From: Haliotis rufescens
Lineage: Eukaryota
Direction: 5' to 3'
Length of the DNA stretch: 64,000 nucleotides
Assembly: GCF_023055435.1 (NCBI RefSeq)
Contig: NW_025964383.1
Coordinates: 12,834,001 to 12,898,000 of the forward strand
The position numbers and the translations under genes are program-made. The notes beneath the pieces were generated by a model. That model did no database searches. It saw nothing but the letters and a program-made list of their open reading frames with translations, and was not told where the DNA came from. Shown piece by piece: positions 39,159-54,077 of the stretch (position 1 is the stretch's first letter; each line of letters opens with the position of its first letter).

Positions 39159-40209
39159 ATGGACACCTTCCCGAAGTGTTTGGTCTGTCAGCAGCAGTTT
39201 ACTCTGAAAGGTCCAGTCCCCTACTTACTGCCCTGTCTACACGCTGTGTGTGAGACGTGTGTGATATCTGCAGCTGGTGGTGTGATATCGTGCTCTACAT
39301 GTCAGAGGAAGGTCAACCTCACAGACACAAGCCTCAAGAGGGATGCAGTCAGACAGAAGGAAATATTCCACCTCACAGTCAAACATCGCCCCACAGAGCT
39401 ATTCTGTACAAATGACGATGACGGCAACCAGGCTGTGTGTTGGTGTCAGGAGTGTGAAGAGTTCCTCTGTGAATACTGCCAGAACATGCACAGCAGCGTC
39501 AAACTTACCAGGAAACATGTACTTCAAAATGTCGGTAGCATGGAACCGACTGTCTCGAACTTTCCTCCTTTTTGCAGTGTCCATAAATACGACCTCCTTT
39601 ATCTGTTTGATAAAAGCTGCAAGAAGTTAATCTGTGCGAGATGTAGACTTGATGACCACGCAGACCATGATGTTGAGGAGCTGGATGTGGTTGCTGATAC
39701 TGTAACAAAACAGCTGAACCATCATAAGAATGAGCTATCAACGTTACAGGCTCGCCAGCAATCACACATGCAGAGCATCAGACAGGGAACCGAATCCACC
39801 GACAGAACGCACAACTCTTTGATAGAAACTATTGGTCACACATTCCAATCTCTGAGATCACAACTTGACCAAAGAGAGAAGGAACTTCTGATCGATCTTA
39901 AAAGTCAGACGAAGGAGACCAAGGCAAATCTACATGCTCAACTCACCACCTGCAAAGAAGAATGGAAGACATGCACTGGGCTTTTAGACTACATCGCCAA
40001 AGTCCTCTTCTATGCCTCAAAGTCAGACCTCGTGGAACTGGAGAGTTATATAGGGGACATAACTCGGAACTATCTAGAAACTGCTGCGCCTCAAACACAT
40101 GTCGTACCTACAGCTGTCTTCAACACCAACAGCTTGTCAACACTGAAATCAAACATATCAGTGTTTGGCGCCATTTTGCCAAGGGAAGTGGATGAGGAAT
40201 CTGTAAAAG
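39159..40209 (+). CDS. TRIM copy 2 coding exon 1: RING, B-box1, B-box2, coiled coil
   Basis: ORF 39087-40280; ctttcag|a ATG; donor G|gtattc. Confidence 0.93.
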
Positions 40210-43200
40210 GTATTCACATTGAACATTATTGTTGTTGTATTCATTCTTTGTATGTGTACAATGTTTGCAAGTTCTTGTGACATTCTATTTCGTTAGAGAC
40301 CCTCTTTTTTCTTCATGTGTTTCTCTATCTAAGACTCATGCTTTTTCAGAAGATTTAATGTTCGTAGACTGCACATAACATGTTCCTGGTGTTAATCGTC
40401 AGGAGTTATTCGTCTGTTGTTTCAGACAAGGATACTCAGACTGATGATGACTTTATGGCAGACTTGGAAAAGAAACACAAAATGGTGAGTACAATCAGTG
40501 TTGGTACATCATGAATTCTTGCATGCACACTGACCAACAAACTGACCAACTACAGGTTGATCCAAAGCAAATTTGCCTCAATCGTCATAACTATGTTTTG
40601 TCATATTGAGAGAAAGTGCATCAGACCATTTAACGCTTGTATTTTCGCAGGACCTGACAGAGCTGAAGACAAAAATTGCTTCAGATGAGAAACATATTGA
40701 AAGCCTCAAAACACTTACAGACAAGCTCAATGTCGAAATCAGAAGCTTGAAATCGGTTTGTTTTTATTACCTAACATGTACACACCTTTAGACGTGTCAG
40801 CGTCTATCATTTTATTCAAATATGTTGTGTGAGAGTGTCATGAATTCTTTATATTGATTGCAACCGTTAATTATTGCATGTCTTGGAAATCCTAGACCAA
40901 TGAGATGCCATGACAGGCACGTGCTTTGTTATATAACACATATGCTATATTTTCAGTGCATTGAGGAGAAGGAAACCACAGAGAAGAGCGCCTCAAAAAC
41001 CATGGATGTCTTACTTGGTAAAGTTGTATCACACTTCGTCTGTAAACCTCCCTTCATCACATAATATCTCCATGTCCGAGAGTGGTAAACAGAGTAAAAC
41101 CCACACACGAAGTCCCCCTGTCTCATCACACATGTATATGGTCATGTATATATTGATGTTACAGGTGTGGCCACAGATTGCGGTGTTCACCTGCTGAAGT
41201 CAGAAGTTGTAGACAGATCTATGGTGCTGAAGTGTGAGTACATTTATCATGTATCTCCTTTCATATAGGTTTTGATGTACGTCGTGTTCAAGTAATATAA
41301 AACGTCAACACGTATGGAACATTTAGTCACCCACTACGATTGAGGGGCATAGAGTAGCTAATTGGCTCATGCTTGGGCTACTGAAGGTCAGGCGCTGGCA
41401 GTCTTTGTGTGTCATTGGCTTGTTTACCTGGCCCATGTTAATTACTTACAGGACACGTTGGTAACTGTGTACAACATCAGTTATTATAGCTTAATGTTGC
41501 TACATGATTAATTCACAACGCATTGGTGTGACGTTGTTTTATTAATGATTTTTTGTATACTCATATGTGCACGGGGCCGGTTTTCGGTTCTCTGCAGGAA
41601 GTGGCAACATGGAGTCGATAGAAGGCTTGCGGTATATAGACATTGCTTTAGACAGGTAGATGTATATACAAGAAGCACTAGGTGCCAGGTCAGCACATTC
41701 TGTTGGTGCCACGGATCGCCTAACCTACCACTAGCTAGGCGAAGGGTGCGGCAATATTTCTTTTTCACAAGTCCAAATATTTCATATCCATGGTCAACAG
41801 ACACGGATTTAGTCAACAATATAAACAACAGTAAATAATGAGTGACAAAGTTGCACAGCTCGTTCAGGATGGCTGACAGTCGACGTACAATACAATTGAG
41901 ATTTGCATATTTTAAGTAATTACAATTAAGATAATAGACATATATATTTTATGACTACAGGGTAATTCGCCTTTGTTCATGCAGACAAAGGTCGCTATAA
42001 CAAATCTTACCCACAATATCATCGTCTTGGAATTGTTTACCTTAAAGTGAACCAATGACAGTTGCCATAATAAGACATTCTCCCCGCCTATGGTATCACG
42101 AAAAATATTAGCCAGAGGGGTGAGTGAGTATATTGTGATTAACGCCTCTTTAAAAATCAATTCTGTTATACAATTTGGTAGCAGCTGAACATAGGTGAAA
42201 ACCCCGAAGTAATGCATGTCTTAGACCTTCAACCTTTTGATGAAGAACCCATGAGCGGGCAAATGATATTCTGGGCTAATTTTGAAATCAAACCAAAGAT
42301 TACACAATTCTGGCACGCCTCGTTATAACGAATAAGTTAGAAGTAAAACAAACATAGTATATGTATGTGTGGGTGGAGCGGACAAAGTGATACAGGCATT
42401 AGGCAGTTATCATGTATGAGGTACTGACAAACATGATCAGGGAGAATCTTGGATTAGAATCCACGAGCATAGGTTTCTGAAATTCGTCAGCAAATTGGGG
42501 TGCCAGAGGCGACTTGGCGACCAATGCCACGACATAAAAGCCATTTGGTGAAATTAACTGCTTACAATTTATGAGATGAGGGGGTGGGGTGGGGGTTGGG
42601 GTTGGGGGGGGGGGGGGTGGGGGGGGGGGGTGACAGTGGTTTCAGTGGTTTCCAACAGTGTTTCCAACTGCAGCTATAATTTATCGAGGAATTGAGCAGG
42701 AAAATAACGACTGAAATATTCTAGCAACATGACAGCGGTCTGTAAATATTCGAGATCGAGTCTGGATCAGACAATCCAGTTATTGACATTATGAGCATCG
42801 ATCCAACACGCAATTGGGATGCATGCATCAACTATGTCAGCGAGTCTGATCACCCGCTGTGAAGAAATGAGCGAGGTAAGAAGTGAGGGGGGTGGGGAGG
42901 GTTTGGTGGTGACAGTTGTTTCCAACAGTGTTTCTAACTGCAGCTGTAACTTATCGAGGAAATGAGCAGAAAAATATAGACTGAAAGCATAATCACGAGC
43001 ACGGACATTGGGGACACACAAACTGCGAGCACCCTGGCCACCCGACCGCCATCTCAGACGACGTAATGGGGACCTTGGAGAGAAGAAAGACGATGCAATC
43101 ACTGTAACGCCAGGCAGACATTTTTACACGTTTGATGCACCCTCGGGATGTTCTGTATGTCGTGCAATATCTGCGAAGTTCGTTCTACTGAATATCTGAA

Positions 43201-46200
43201 ACATTTTAACATAAGCCTCACAATAATAAAAACCGAGCCAGTATGAAGTTGTCAGTGTTAATCGTGAGTATCATGTCCAGGCAGGTACAGTGGAGTGTTT
43301 AACCGCTTAATGGGTCATGTTGTTACCATTGACACTGTTGTGTATGGTGATGTGCGTGTGTGAATAATTTCAAGTACATCAATATTCTCGTGCCGATAAA
43401 GTCACCTTGTTACTGAGACGTGACAATATAGTCTCACAGACCTGGTTCTAAATGACCTGTGTGTCGCTCACGTGTGAATACAAATGTGTGTTGTGATGTG
43501 TTAAGCAGATTATCGTTCCAGTGTAATGAAATTGCTATTGCAACACGTTGAACATTATTTATACACTGTTTGTGACCCTAGTCCCCCAATACGTGGATAT
43601 CAAGGTTCACACATTAAGATTTAAGACACTGGAAATTCTGCATGTATGTTTTGTCATTGTTCTTGCATCCGCCTCCTAACCTGCCGACATATCAACTCTT
43701 TTATTATTACTTCCTTCGTTTAAACATTATAGACGGCGACTTGCGAAACGGACAATTTACAGGAGCTAATTTATTTTAAAGGCGAAATAGAGTTTGAAAT
43801 ATTGCATATAGCATTACTACAAAACAATACCAAAAGTATCGAGTGATTGGAATGAATGGATGCGACATAGGAAGGACTAGATGTAACATACCAATCAACA
43901 GAACATGTTGGCGGTACATTGTAAGGGTACAAACAATCGTGGTAGGCGACATCCGTGTGTGGTAAAAAACTGTCGTTTATGCTCGACAAGGTCCGAATCA
44001 ATCTCCCAATGACAATTTGCAGATTTCTTGTCAATTAATGTTGCAGCGGCTGGCTCAATTCGGCTAACGGCAGCCGTTGGCGTCGGCGTACACGTCCCCG
44101 GATTATGCGTTATAGGGGAGAGATCAGAACTCATGGCTGCTCATTGCAATCTTGTGATGTTTTGCTGTTGGAGGTAGTCATGAACGATACATTTTCGTCT
44201 TGAAAGGCAAAACGTGGACTAGCATGCAGCGAAAACGGAACTACTATCGCCGCTAGCATGCTATCTCGGTAGTACTGTCCAGTGACTGTCTTACATGTAT
44301 GGACAATATGCAGTGGCGTTCTGGCAGTCATAGTGATCCTGCCCCATATCAGTACAGAGCTCGCAGCGATTTTGACAAAATCAAGAATGACCCCCTAGCC
44401 AGTGCACGGAGGATACCCACGTGAGATGTTTCGGGTGTGTTGGGGCGTTAGGTTTTGGTTCCAAAAACTGTTCCATCTCTGGCATCCATATTTCTGGCGT
44501 GTCCAATGGACGCAACTCTGCACAGCTAATCGCGGTTTTCTTCTGACGACCGTTCGTAACATTTCTCATCATCATGTACAGTTTTGGAGATCATAGACCG
44601 TGGCGATAGGTATAGTTACAATCATAGAAAACTGAAGCAAATGATATTGAAATATCACACCATCAATGAGGCATTATTCAAAATACAAAATGCACTTAGT
44701 GGTGATGAGTAAAATATGACATAGATCTTGGGTGAGGTGAGGTGAAATTAGGTTTAACGTCGCTTCCATGATTATTGCACTTGTGTGTGGCTGCTTGAAA
44801 TAGTCTGATGCCGATTTATATGCTTGCTCACTTAGATACCATGTGGCAGTTTAACATGAATACCCCACTCAGACACAGTATACTGACTCCGAGCCGACTA
44901 GTCCTTGTTATAGCCCCTTAATGTCCAGCCTCAGACAGGGTAACAACAAGTGTCATCTTTTAACATCTTTTCGTATGACGCGGCCGGGGATTGAACCCCG
45001 GACCTTAAGCTGGCGAAGCTCTAGTAAATAGCGTTATTGACTTGTATTTACAGGTTATATTTTGCTAATTGGGGTTTGCGTCCATTGACAAAAATTATTT
45101 AAAAACATTTCCTATTTCATAATAATCAATAAAATTATCCCTACTTGTCACCGACCAGTTATCGCCATTTTTCATGTTATTTCTGAAATATCCCACGTTC
45201 AAAGTTAACTGTGCAATAAACTTTGCAAATGGGCAAATGTGCGTATTTCTGTCAGTGGAAAAATCCAATTCTGCTAACGTAGACGGTAGCCGTTGACGTC
45301 GGCGTACACGTCCCTGCATTATGCGTTGTAGGGGAGAGATCAGAACTTGCGGCTGCAAGCTCCTCGCAGCGATAGCCCGTTCGCGGAACTCTCTATACCA
45401 TCGCTGCCACCAGTCAATTATTTGAGGGACATACATCTGTTGATTTTCTAATCCTGACAGTCATTTAGTTTCAACATTGCGTACAATCATACAAATGTTG
45501 TTTGTTATGTCATGGAAAGAGTTAAGTCGCTTTTATTTAAATCTTTCTGTCATTTCTCACTGAAAATACTATCTCACTGCTTTAAATATCACTTTTTCAT
45601 TTTTCATAACCTGCATCGTGAAACTCTAGTAAACAGCGTTTTTGATTTTTATTTACAGGTTATATTTTGCTAATTGGGGTTTGCGTCCATTGACACATTT
45701 TTTTGAAAACATTAACTATTTAATAATAATAAACTTATCCCTACTTGTTAACGACCAGGTATCGCCATTTTTCATGTTATTTCTGAAATATCCCACGTTA
45801 AAAGTTTACTGTGCAATAAACTTTGCAAATGGACAAATGCGCGTATTTCTGTGCGTAGAAAAAAATCATTAGCTTCCTGTTATAACGCGACAACAGGGAA
45901 TCAAAATAGTGGAAAAAGAAATGTTCCGTTGACAAACTGTACCAGTTATCGCCATCATCTAAACAGCACGTGCCACGTGATAAAGCACACCGCTTCAGTT
46001 TTACAAATTACATTTTTTTATTTTCTCTGGTATCGCAAGCTGTTTTTATATTTGTTACAATTAATAAGAAATGCTTTTATCAATTTGTCGTCTGCAAACT
46101 GACGTAGACCAATGTGCATGCCACACTATGTACTATGGATTTCGCGATATATACAGGGTTATTCACATTTGGAAAATAGCTCAAATAGGTTTTAGAAATG

Positions 46201-48269
46201 TTTTTGGGGGAAGAAATGACAGACAGAAAGTAAGCTTTGACAGATCTGAAAGTGCATCATCGTGTTGTTGGATTTTTGTTTCCGCGTGAGTTAGTCACGT
46301 GACACCGCCCGCGTGTCTCTTCTAAAGTTGTATTTCAGCAAGGTGGTTATAGGGTATGTTTTTTAATATTTATTCACAGGAGTAATTTTTGTTTATCATT
46401 TGTAGATAAATATTTCTCTCTTCTAATGAAACCGAGCAAAGGTAAAACGAGATGCGATCACGTGCGCGCTGTAGCGTGGACTAAGCGATAATTGGTCCTC
46501 GTCGACAGCTGGTCACTGGTCAATTTTCAGGGTAACATTCGTGTTCACAGTTAGTTAACGGGAAAGTTCTCTTTCCACTCGTAATTCCTACTCTGTGGTA
46601 CAATAGAAATCAATCTAAATTTTGTCCACACAATGACATAAGCGCATTTGATCTTAATTTCACAAAACCAAATGTTTGTCGTGATGTTTTCGAAACCAAT
46701 TTTCAGAAATCATAAGAATGAAATTGACAACAATTGTTCATCTGCTGGCATCTGCTTTTGAAACTGAGAGCAATCAAATAGCACGCGCCTCGGCTGGAGC
46801 GGTGTCGACATGATTTGCACGTTCTGGGCGGGCGGCTGGTCTATTTCGCACGTGCCGCACGACGTTTATTCTAACAGCAAAGCGCGAGGACATTTCAAAA
46901 TATATTTGTATATTTACAATTAATTTAATTGCTGTTTGGTTTTCGTTTACAGAAGAACACTTTAACATACTCCAAATAAAATAATAGCAGAATGTTCCAG
47001 AAATATTTCAAACATGACTTGTTCACTACATTTAATGTCGCTTATTGTTTATTGTGTTATTGACTGTTTGTGTCCTGTTCTGATAATGCTGCCCATCTAC
47101 TGTCTCCCATTGCCAAGCACCCAGCCCCCTGTGCGTCCTCCAACGTGCTACACCATACTCCACCAACTACCGGATGACGTCACCAGGTCACGTGACACTG
47201 TGATCTCAACATCTTCATTTTAAGCTTCTTCCTCATTATACCGCGTTCACTCGTGTTTCTGTTAAACGACGGTGAACAACTGTGATCGCGAGTATTCGCG
47301 CTCTGCGTGATTATTGCGCGATGTGTATCCTTTTGTTTTAGTAATTCATAATCGCCACTGCAAATAGTTCAGTGACGAACCTTTTACACCAGAGCTGTTA
47401 CGAACTTATTTTACATTCGCGTTAAAAGATTACAGTATACATACACCAAAACGTAATACACAGTAGGTCTGATGTTCATACTATTACACTATTTGTTTAT
47501 CAGTGCATTGTACTTAGCTGTGCATTCCTTGCAATTGGATATTTTTGTACAACTTTAATATCCCAATTTGTCTCAAGTGTTATTCACTTGTAAACTACAT
47601 TCATGTGTTGTAGGTATACATCTGAAGTATGACAAAGACAGAGTCAATCTCGCCAAAGTCCACATCAACACAGAAGGAGTCCTGTTCAACAGGAAGTCGG
47701 ACACCAGACCTGCAGGGGAGGGGAAACTGAAGAAGTACTGGGGCACATGTAGCACTGCCCCCCTCCCCCGGGCTGGCTGGCCCCAGTACTGGGAGGTGGT
47801 GAACAGGGTCAGTCTGGACAAACCACTCACAGTGGAGGCCCTCATCCTGGAGGTGGGTGTATGCAGGGAGGAGCAGAGGGACGTGTCTCATTCTATCAAT
47901 GGAGAACCCAGCTCCTGCAGCATGGCCGTCACCCACTGTACTACACACGGCGGGATATGCAGGAGGACATGGAAGGAGGAGGAGCAGGTGCTGTGTCTGC
48001 CTGACACTCTCCCCAACACAGCAGGGGCATCACACACACTACATTACGGTGTTGTCTATGATGACGCCAGGAAGAAGATTGTCTTCATTGATGTGAAGGA
48101 GAACAAAGTGATGTCGACATTAGACAATGTAGACTCCAGTCAGCCACTGTGGCCGATGTTCGGGGTGTATAACCCATCTCTCCTCACTGTCAGCATGACA
48201 CTTGTAGTGGGCAGCGACATCAACATGACAGAGGAGAAGAAAGCAATGATTGTCAAGGCGCTGTCGTGA
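39159..48269 (+). CDS. TRIM E3 ligase copy 2 (RING, B-box1, B-box2, coiled coil, SPRY-like), 666 aa; join(39159..40209,40426..40484,40651..40755,40957..41017,41165..41233,47614..48269)
   Basis: Same exon phases as copy 1, 2001 nt, no stops. Confidence 0.88.
40426..40484 (+). CDS. TRIM copy 2 coding exon 2
   Basis: Splice sites and paralogy. Confidence 0.8.
40651..40755 (+). CDS. TRIM copy 2 coding exon 3
   Basis: Splice sites and paralogy. Confidence 0.8.
40957..41017 (+). CDS. TRIM copy 2 coding exon 4
   Basis: Splice sites and paralogy. Confidence 0.8.
41165..41233 (+). CDS. TRIM copy 2 coding exon 5
   Basis: Splice sites and paralogy. Confidence 0.8.
47614..48269 (+). CDS. TRIM copy 2 terminal exon, SPRY/B30.2-like domain
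   Basis: ORF 47568-48269; ttgtag|47614. Confidence 0.9.
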
Positions 48270-50252
48270 TGGTGACAGTGATTGTCAAGGCGCTGTCGTG
48301 ATGGTGACAATGGTTGTCAAGTGCTGTCGTGATAGTGACAATGATTGTCAAGGCGTAGTCGTGATGGGGACAATGATTGTTAAGGCGTTGTCGTGATGGT
48401 GACAATGGTTGTCAAGTGCTGTCGTGATAGTGACAATGATTGTCAAGGCGTAGTCGTGATGGGGACAATGATTGTTAAGGCGCTGTCGTGATGGTGACAA
48501 TGGTTATCAGGGCGTTGTCGTGATGGAGACAATAATTGTTCAGGCCCTGTCGTGATGGTGACAGTGATTGTCAAGGGCTGACGTGAAGGTGACAATGATT
48601 GTTAAGGCGCGGTCGTGATGGTGACAATGGTTGTCAAGACGTTGTCGTGATGGTGACAATGATTGTCAAGGGCTGTCGTGATGGTGACAATGACTGTCAA
48701 GGCGTTGTCGTGATAGTGACAATGATTGTCAAGGCGTTGTCATGATGGTGACAATGGTTGTCAAGGCGTTGCATGATGGTGACGATTGTAAAGGCGTTGT
48801 CATGACGGTGACAATGATTGTTAAGGCGCGGTCGTGATGGTGACAATGATTGTCAAGGCGTTGTCATGATGGTGACAATGATTGTCAAGGGCTGTCATGA
48901 TGGTGACAATGACTGTCAAGGCGTTGTCGTGATAGTGACAATGATTGTCAAGGCGTTGTCATGATGGTGACAATGGTTGTCAAGGCGTTGCATGATGGTG
49001 ACGATTGTAAAGGCGTTGTCATGACGGTGACAATGATTGTCAAGGCGCCGTCGTGATGGTAACAATGATTGTCAAGGCGTTGTCGTGGTGGTGACAATGA
49101 TTGTCAAGGCGTTGTCATGATGGTGACAATGATTTCAAGGGCTGTCGTGATTGTGACAATGATTGTCAAGGCGCTGTCATGATGGTGACAATGATTGTCA
49201 AGGCGCTGTCATGATGGGGACAATGATTGTCAAGGTGCTGTCGTGATGGGGACAATGGTTGTCAAGGCGTTGTCATGATGGTGACAATGATTGTTCAGGC
49301 GCTGTCGTGATGGTGACAATGATCGTCAAGGGCTGTCGTGATAATGACAATGATTGTCAATACGCTGTCGTGATGGTGACAATGATTGTTAATGCGCCGT
49401 TGTGATGGTGACAATGATTGTCAAGGCGTTGTCGTGATGGTGACAATGGTTGTCAAGGCGTTGTCGTGATGGTGATAATGATTGCCACGGCGTTGTCATG
49501 ATGGTGACAATGATTGTCAAGGGCTGTCGTGATGGTGACAATGATTTTCAAGGCGTTGTCATGAAGGAAACAATGATTGTCAGGGCGTTGTTGTGATGGT
49601 GACAATGGTTGTCAAAGCATTGTCGTGATTGTGACAATGATTGTCAAGGCGTTGTCATGATGGTGACAATGATTGTAAAGGCGCTGTCGTGATAGTGACA
49701 ATAATTGTCAAGGCATTTACGTGATGGGGACAATGATTATCAAGGCGCTGTCGTGGTGGTGACAATGGTTGTCAAGGCGTTGTCGTGATTGTGACAATGA
49801 TTGTCAAGGCGTTGTCATGATGGTGACAATGATTGTCAAGGCACTGTCGTGATAGTGACAATGATTGTCAAGGGCTGTCGTGATGGTGACAATGATTGTC
49901 AAGGCGTTGTCTTGATGGTGACAATGATTGTCAAGGGCTGTCGTGATGGTGACAACGATTTTCAAGGCGTTGTCGTGACGGAAACAATGATTGTCAAGGC
50001 GCTGTCGTGATGGTGACAATGATTGTCAAGGCACTGTCGGGATGGTGATAATGATTGTCAAGGCACTGTCGTGATGGTGACAATGATTGTCAAGGCACTG
50101 TCGTGATGGTGACAATGATTGTCAAGGGCTGTCGTGATGGTGACAATGATTGACAAGGCTCTGTCGTGATGGTGAAAATGATTGTCAAGGCACTGTCGGG
50201 ATGGTGACAATGATTGTCAAGGCACTGTCGGGATGGTGACAATGATCGTGAT
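48245..50252 (+). repeat. 32-bp minisatellite (~63 units), copy 2
   Basis: Same unit as 23121-25288. Confidence 0.97.
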
Positions 50253-53200
50253 AAGAACACACAGATTTGTTGCAGATCCCTACTGATCAGGAACTACATG
50301 ACTCGAACATGTCTTCTCTGTGAAAGAAGGCATTCATCTTCGTATGTACAAATATCACAAGTAAACAGGGTAGTGTGTACACAACACAAAACCAGAAGTT
50401 TAACTTATGATCTCCTACACCTATCAACTATAACCCCCTGAACCTGTAATCTTGATGTGATATGTGTAAATGTATGTAACATTTAGATAAAAGGTAAAAC
50501 GTTTGTTGTTGTTTTTGTTTATTTGTTTGTTCGTTGATTAACGCCGCACTCAACAATATTCCAGCAATATGATGCTGGTCGTTAACTAATCGAGTCTGGA
50601 CCAGACAATTCAGTGATTGGCGTCAAGAGCATCCATTTTCGCAATTTGGATACGATGGCATGCATAAACCAAGTCAGCGAGCCTCACCGTCCAATCCTAT
50701 TTGTCCCCTCTTACAAGCATAGTCGCCTCTCACAACTTGCATGTGTTGCTGAAGACCTTTTCTGACTTTGATCTTCATGGGTGACGTAAATCTATTATGG
50801 TACATGGTACGACACACAAGAAGGCAAGTCGCCGAACCTGACCAATCGATGGATGCTGTCGCCTCGTTTTGCATGCTGACAGGGGATAGCAGTGGGATTT
50901 CTTTAGATATTTATCAAACAAAATAAAGGAAGTGACATTGCAATAAGCTATTGTTTTGATAATAATAACTTAAAATTTGCTGATTTGCCGGACGAAGGAG
51001 GGCAGTTTAAAAGATTGAGGGCTTATGCGAATGATTATTACCAGCAAAAATAGCGTTACCGTTATTATAGATAAATTAGATAGAATTTGTTTTCAGATGA
51101 ATATAAACATCAATATCGGTTTTGAAATATTTACTGCAATCAACAAACAACGAATGCCACTGAAGAACAAATTAGATGACGTCAAAGCTGACTCCCTAAC
51201 AACGGGAGTCAAGCAATATGAGGGCATTATCAAGTTACAATGGTCTGCTAATTCTGATAACATGCGGGCAGTTTAAAGATAATTCTCCCCATTTTAGCTA
51301 TAAATTGCGTGGATCGATGCTCATGATGGCAATTACTGAACTGTTTGGTCGAGACTTGATTATTTATAGACCACTGTCATTTATCTCAACAATTGCTGAA
51401 TGTGGCGTTAAACAGCAAACATAGTTGTAGCAATATACCAGGCAACAGAAATGCCCTCAGCATTGGGACACTTTAACCATTATAATATGATTTTGTTATA
51501 TTATTCCATAATGTTCCTCGGTAACATTTGTCTTGAAAACCTGTACAGTTTCCGAATACGATTTCAAGGCAACAAGCTGGTAGGGAGATGGAGGTTTAGG
51601 TTGTATAAACCTTATGCATGTGCCGCCACTAACACCATCAACATCAACATGACCACCAACACGACACGATCACTAACACCATAACAACACCAATACCAAC
51701 AACACGCACGATCACTAACACCATAACAACACCAATACCAACAATAGCAAGATCAACCCCAACAACACAAACAACAACTATATCAACAACAACAACATCA
51801 ACAACACAACCAACCACAGCAAGAACACCACCGACACGACCACCAACAACACGCACGACCTTTTACACCACCAACTTCACCAATACCAACAACAGCAAGA
51901 TCAACACCAATACCACAAACAACAAGATCAACAACAACACCAACAACATCGATAACACCACCAACACCCACAACGACACACACCACCGTGGGTCTAGCTG
52001 AAGTGGTAAACGTCTGAGACCTATATCACTCCGGGCTTTCCTTGAACATTAAGCTGACACGCCGTGATATAACTGGAATAATGTTAAAAGCAGCGCTGAA
52101 CCCAACTCACTCATCTTTGGAGACTAAACTTTGATGTTCTTTAATTCGGGATTTGAGGGGCCTAGATGTTTCTCCAATGAAAGCTTGCCTACAACTGCAC
52201 GGAATGTGGTACACTGCTCTTGATGGTTCTAGCTTGTGGCTGGATGGTTCAACTCCACCTCCCCTCGTGCTCCGAACTAGACGTACATGTAGTTGCGTCG
52301 TTATCGCAGTCTGATGTAACGTCGTCGGATTCCCCTTCCAATCTAGATGTAGATGTAGTTGCATCGTTATCGCTGTCTGACGTAACGTCGTCGGATTCCC
52401 CTTTCGAACTAGACGTACATGTAGTTGCATCGTTATCGCTGTCTAACGGAACGTCGTCGGATTCCCCTTCCGAACTAGACGCACATGTAGTTGCATCGTT
52501 ATCGCTGTCTGACGTAACGTCGTCGGATTTCCCTTCCGAACTAGACGCACATGTAATAGCGTCGTTATCGCTGTCTGACGTAACGTCGTCGCATTCCCCT
52601 TCCGAACTAGACGTACATGTAGAAGCGTCCCTGACTCCGTCTGACGTGTCAGCTTCGCTACCCCCTTCTTCCGAACAGAAATACTTAGGTTTCCGAGAGG
52701 TGGTGAGGTGAAGAGGGGTTTAAGATTATTACACTTATATAGCAACGTGCATGTGCGTGTGTGTGTGTGTGTGTGTGTGTGCGTGCTTGCGTGCGTGCGT
52801 GCGTGCGTGTGATTGTACTAGTCCGGACTAATCTCGATGTTATAGTGTTGGCCGACAGATGCCATGCCTCAGTTTAACATGAATACCCAGCTAAGACACA
52901 GTATACTGACTCTAAGCCGACCAAGCCTTGTTGCCGAGCGCCAGACAGGGTAATAACAAGTACCATCTCTTATCAAAGACGCCGAATGTGCTATAACCTC
53001 TTATGTAACACATCGTTGTAAATTAATGGTCCCGATGCAATCTCACGCAATAAGACCTCAGCAATGCATGGTGGGTAACGTTGATAACGTTGCCAGTTAT
53101 GGCGGCAGGTTATATCGAGGCTCGGCGGTAGACAACTATGTGGAACTACAAGCTACGTCCATCTTATTTCTTATAAAGCACATTGGATTCCAATCTCGGG

Positions 53201-53731
53201 TTATCACAGAATGTTATGGAGTTGACAGAACCTCGACATCGGAGAGAAGCGTTCGTAAAATAGCACGACTACAATTTAACCGAGAATGCTGTGTTGATAT
53301 GGGATCTTGGATTGCTTGAAATTATCGAAAAAATCAGATCAGGCGCTAAAACAACCGTATGACGCGGAACCTCGTTTTCAATCGGTTATCGGCTGAACAC
53401 GTGGTTTTCGGACATTGGTCGAAGCGTGTCATCTCGGTATTGGCGCCTCTGAGCGTTGTCCGGGCGAGACGTGACCATCAATCTTATATACCTTGGAGAG
53501 ATATCAAATCGTCGCTGTATGTCGTCGGTATAAATCCCATCGTCGGCTAGTCGTACAAAACAACTACATTGAATCCCGTGGTCACAGGCTCATGATCAGT
53601 GACATGACCATCGATCTTACATACCTTGGTTTGGAGTGACTTGGATAGTTTTGGACGCGTTTCCAACATATCGTTTCGAGAGCACCTACAAGAGAAGGAT
53701 ATACATTTAATAATAAAAAGAACATGCGTAC

Positions 53732-53794
<63 letters not shown>

Positions 53795-54041
53795 TCAAAT
53801 CGTCCTGTATGTCGTCGGTATAAATCTCATCGTCGGCTTGTCGTACAAAGCAACTACATTGAATCGGGTGGTCACAGGCTCATGATCAGTGACTTGCCTG
53901 AATGCTTGACATTGCACCCGACGAGACGGGATGTTACTGATGAAGCCAGACACTGGGTTGACTCAAATATTTACAGACCACAGTGATATAGCTGGCACAT
54001 GGCTGAGTGCGGAGTGTAAATACACACAAACACACATACAT

Positions 54042-54077
<36 letters not shown>

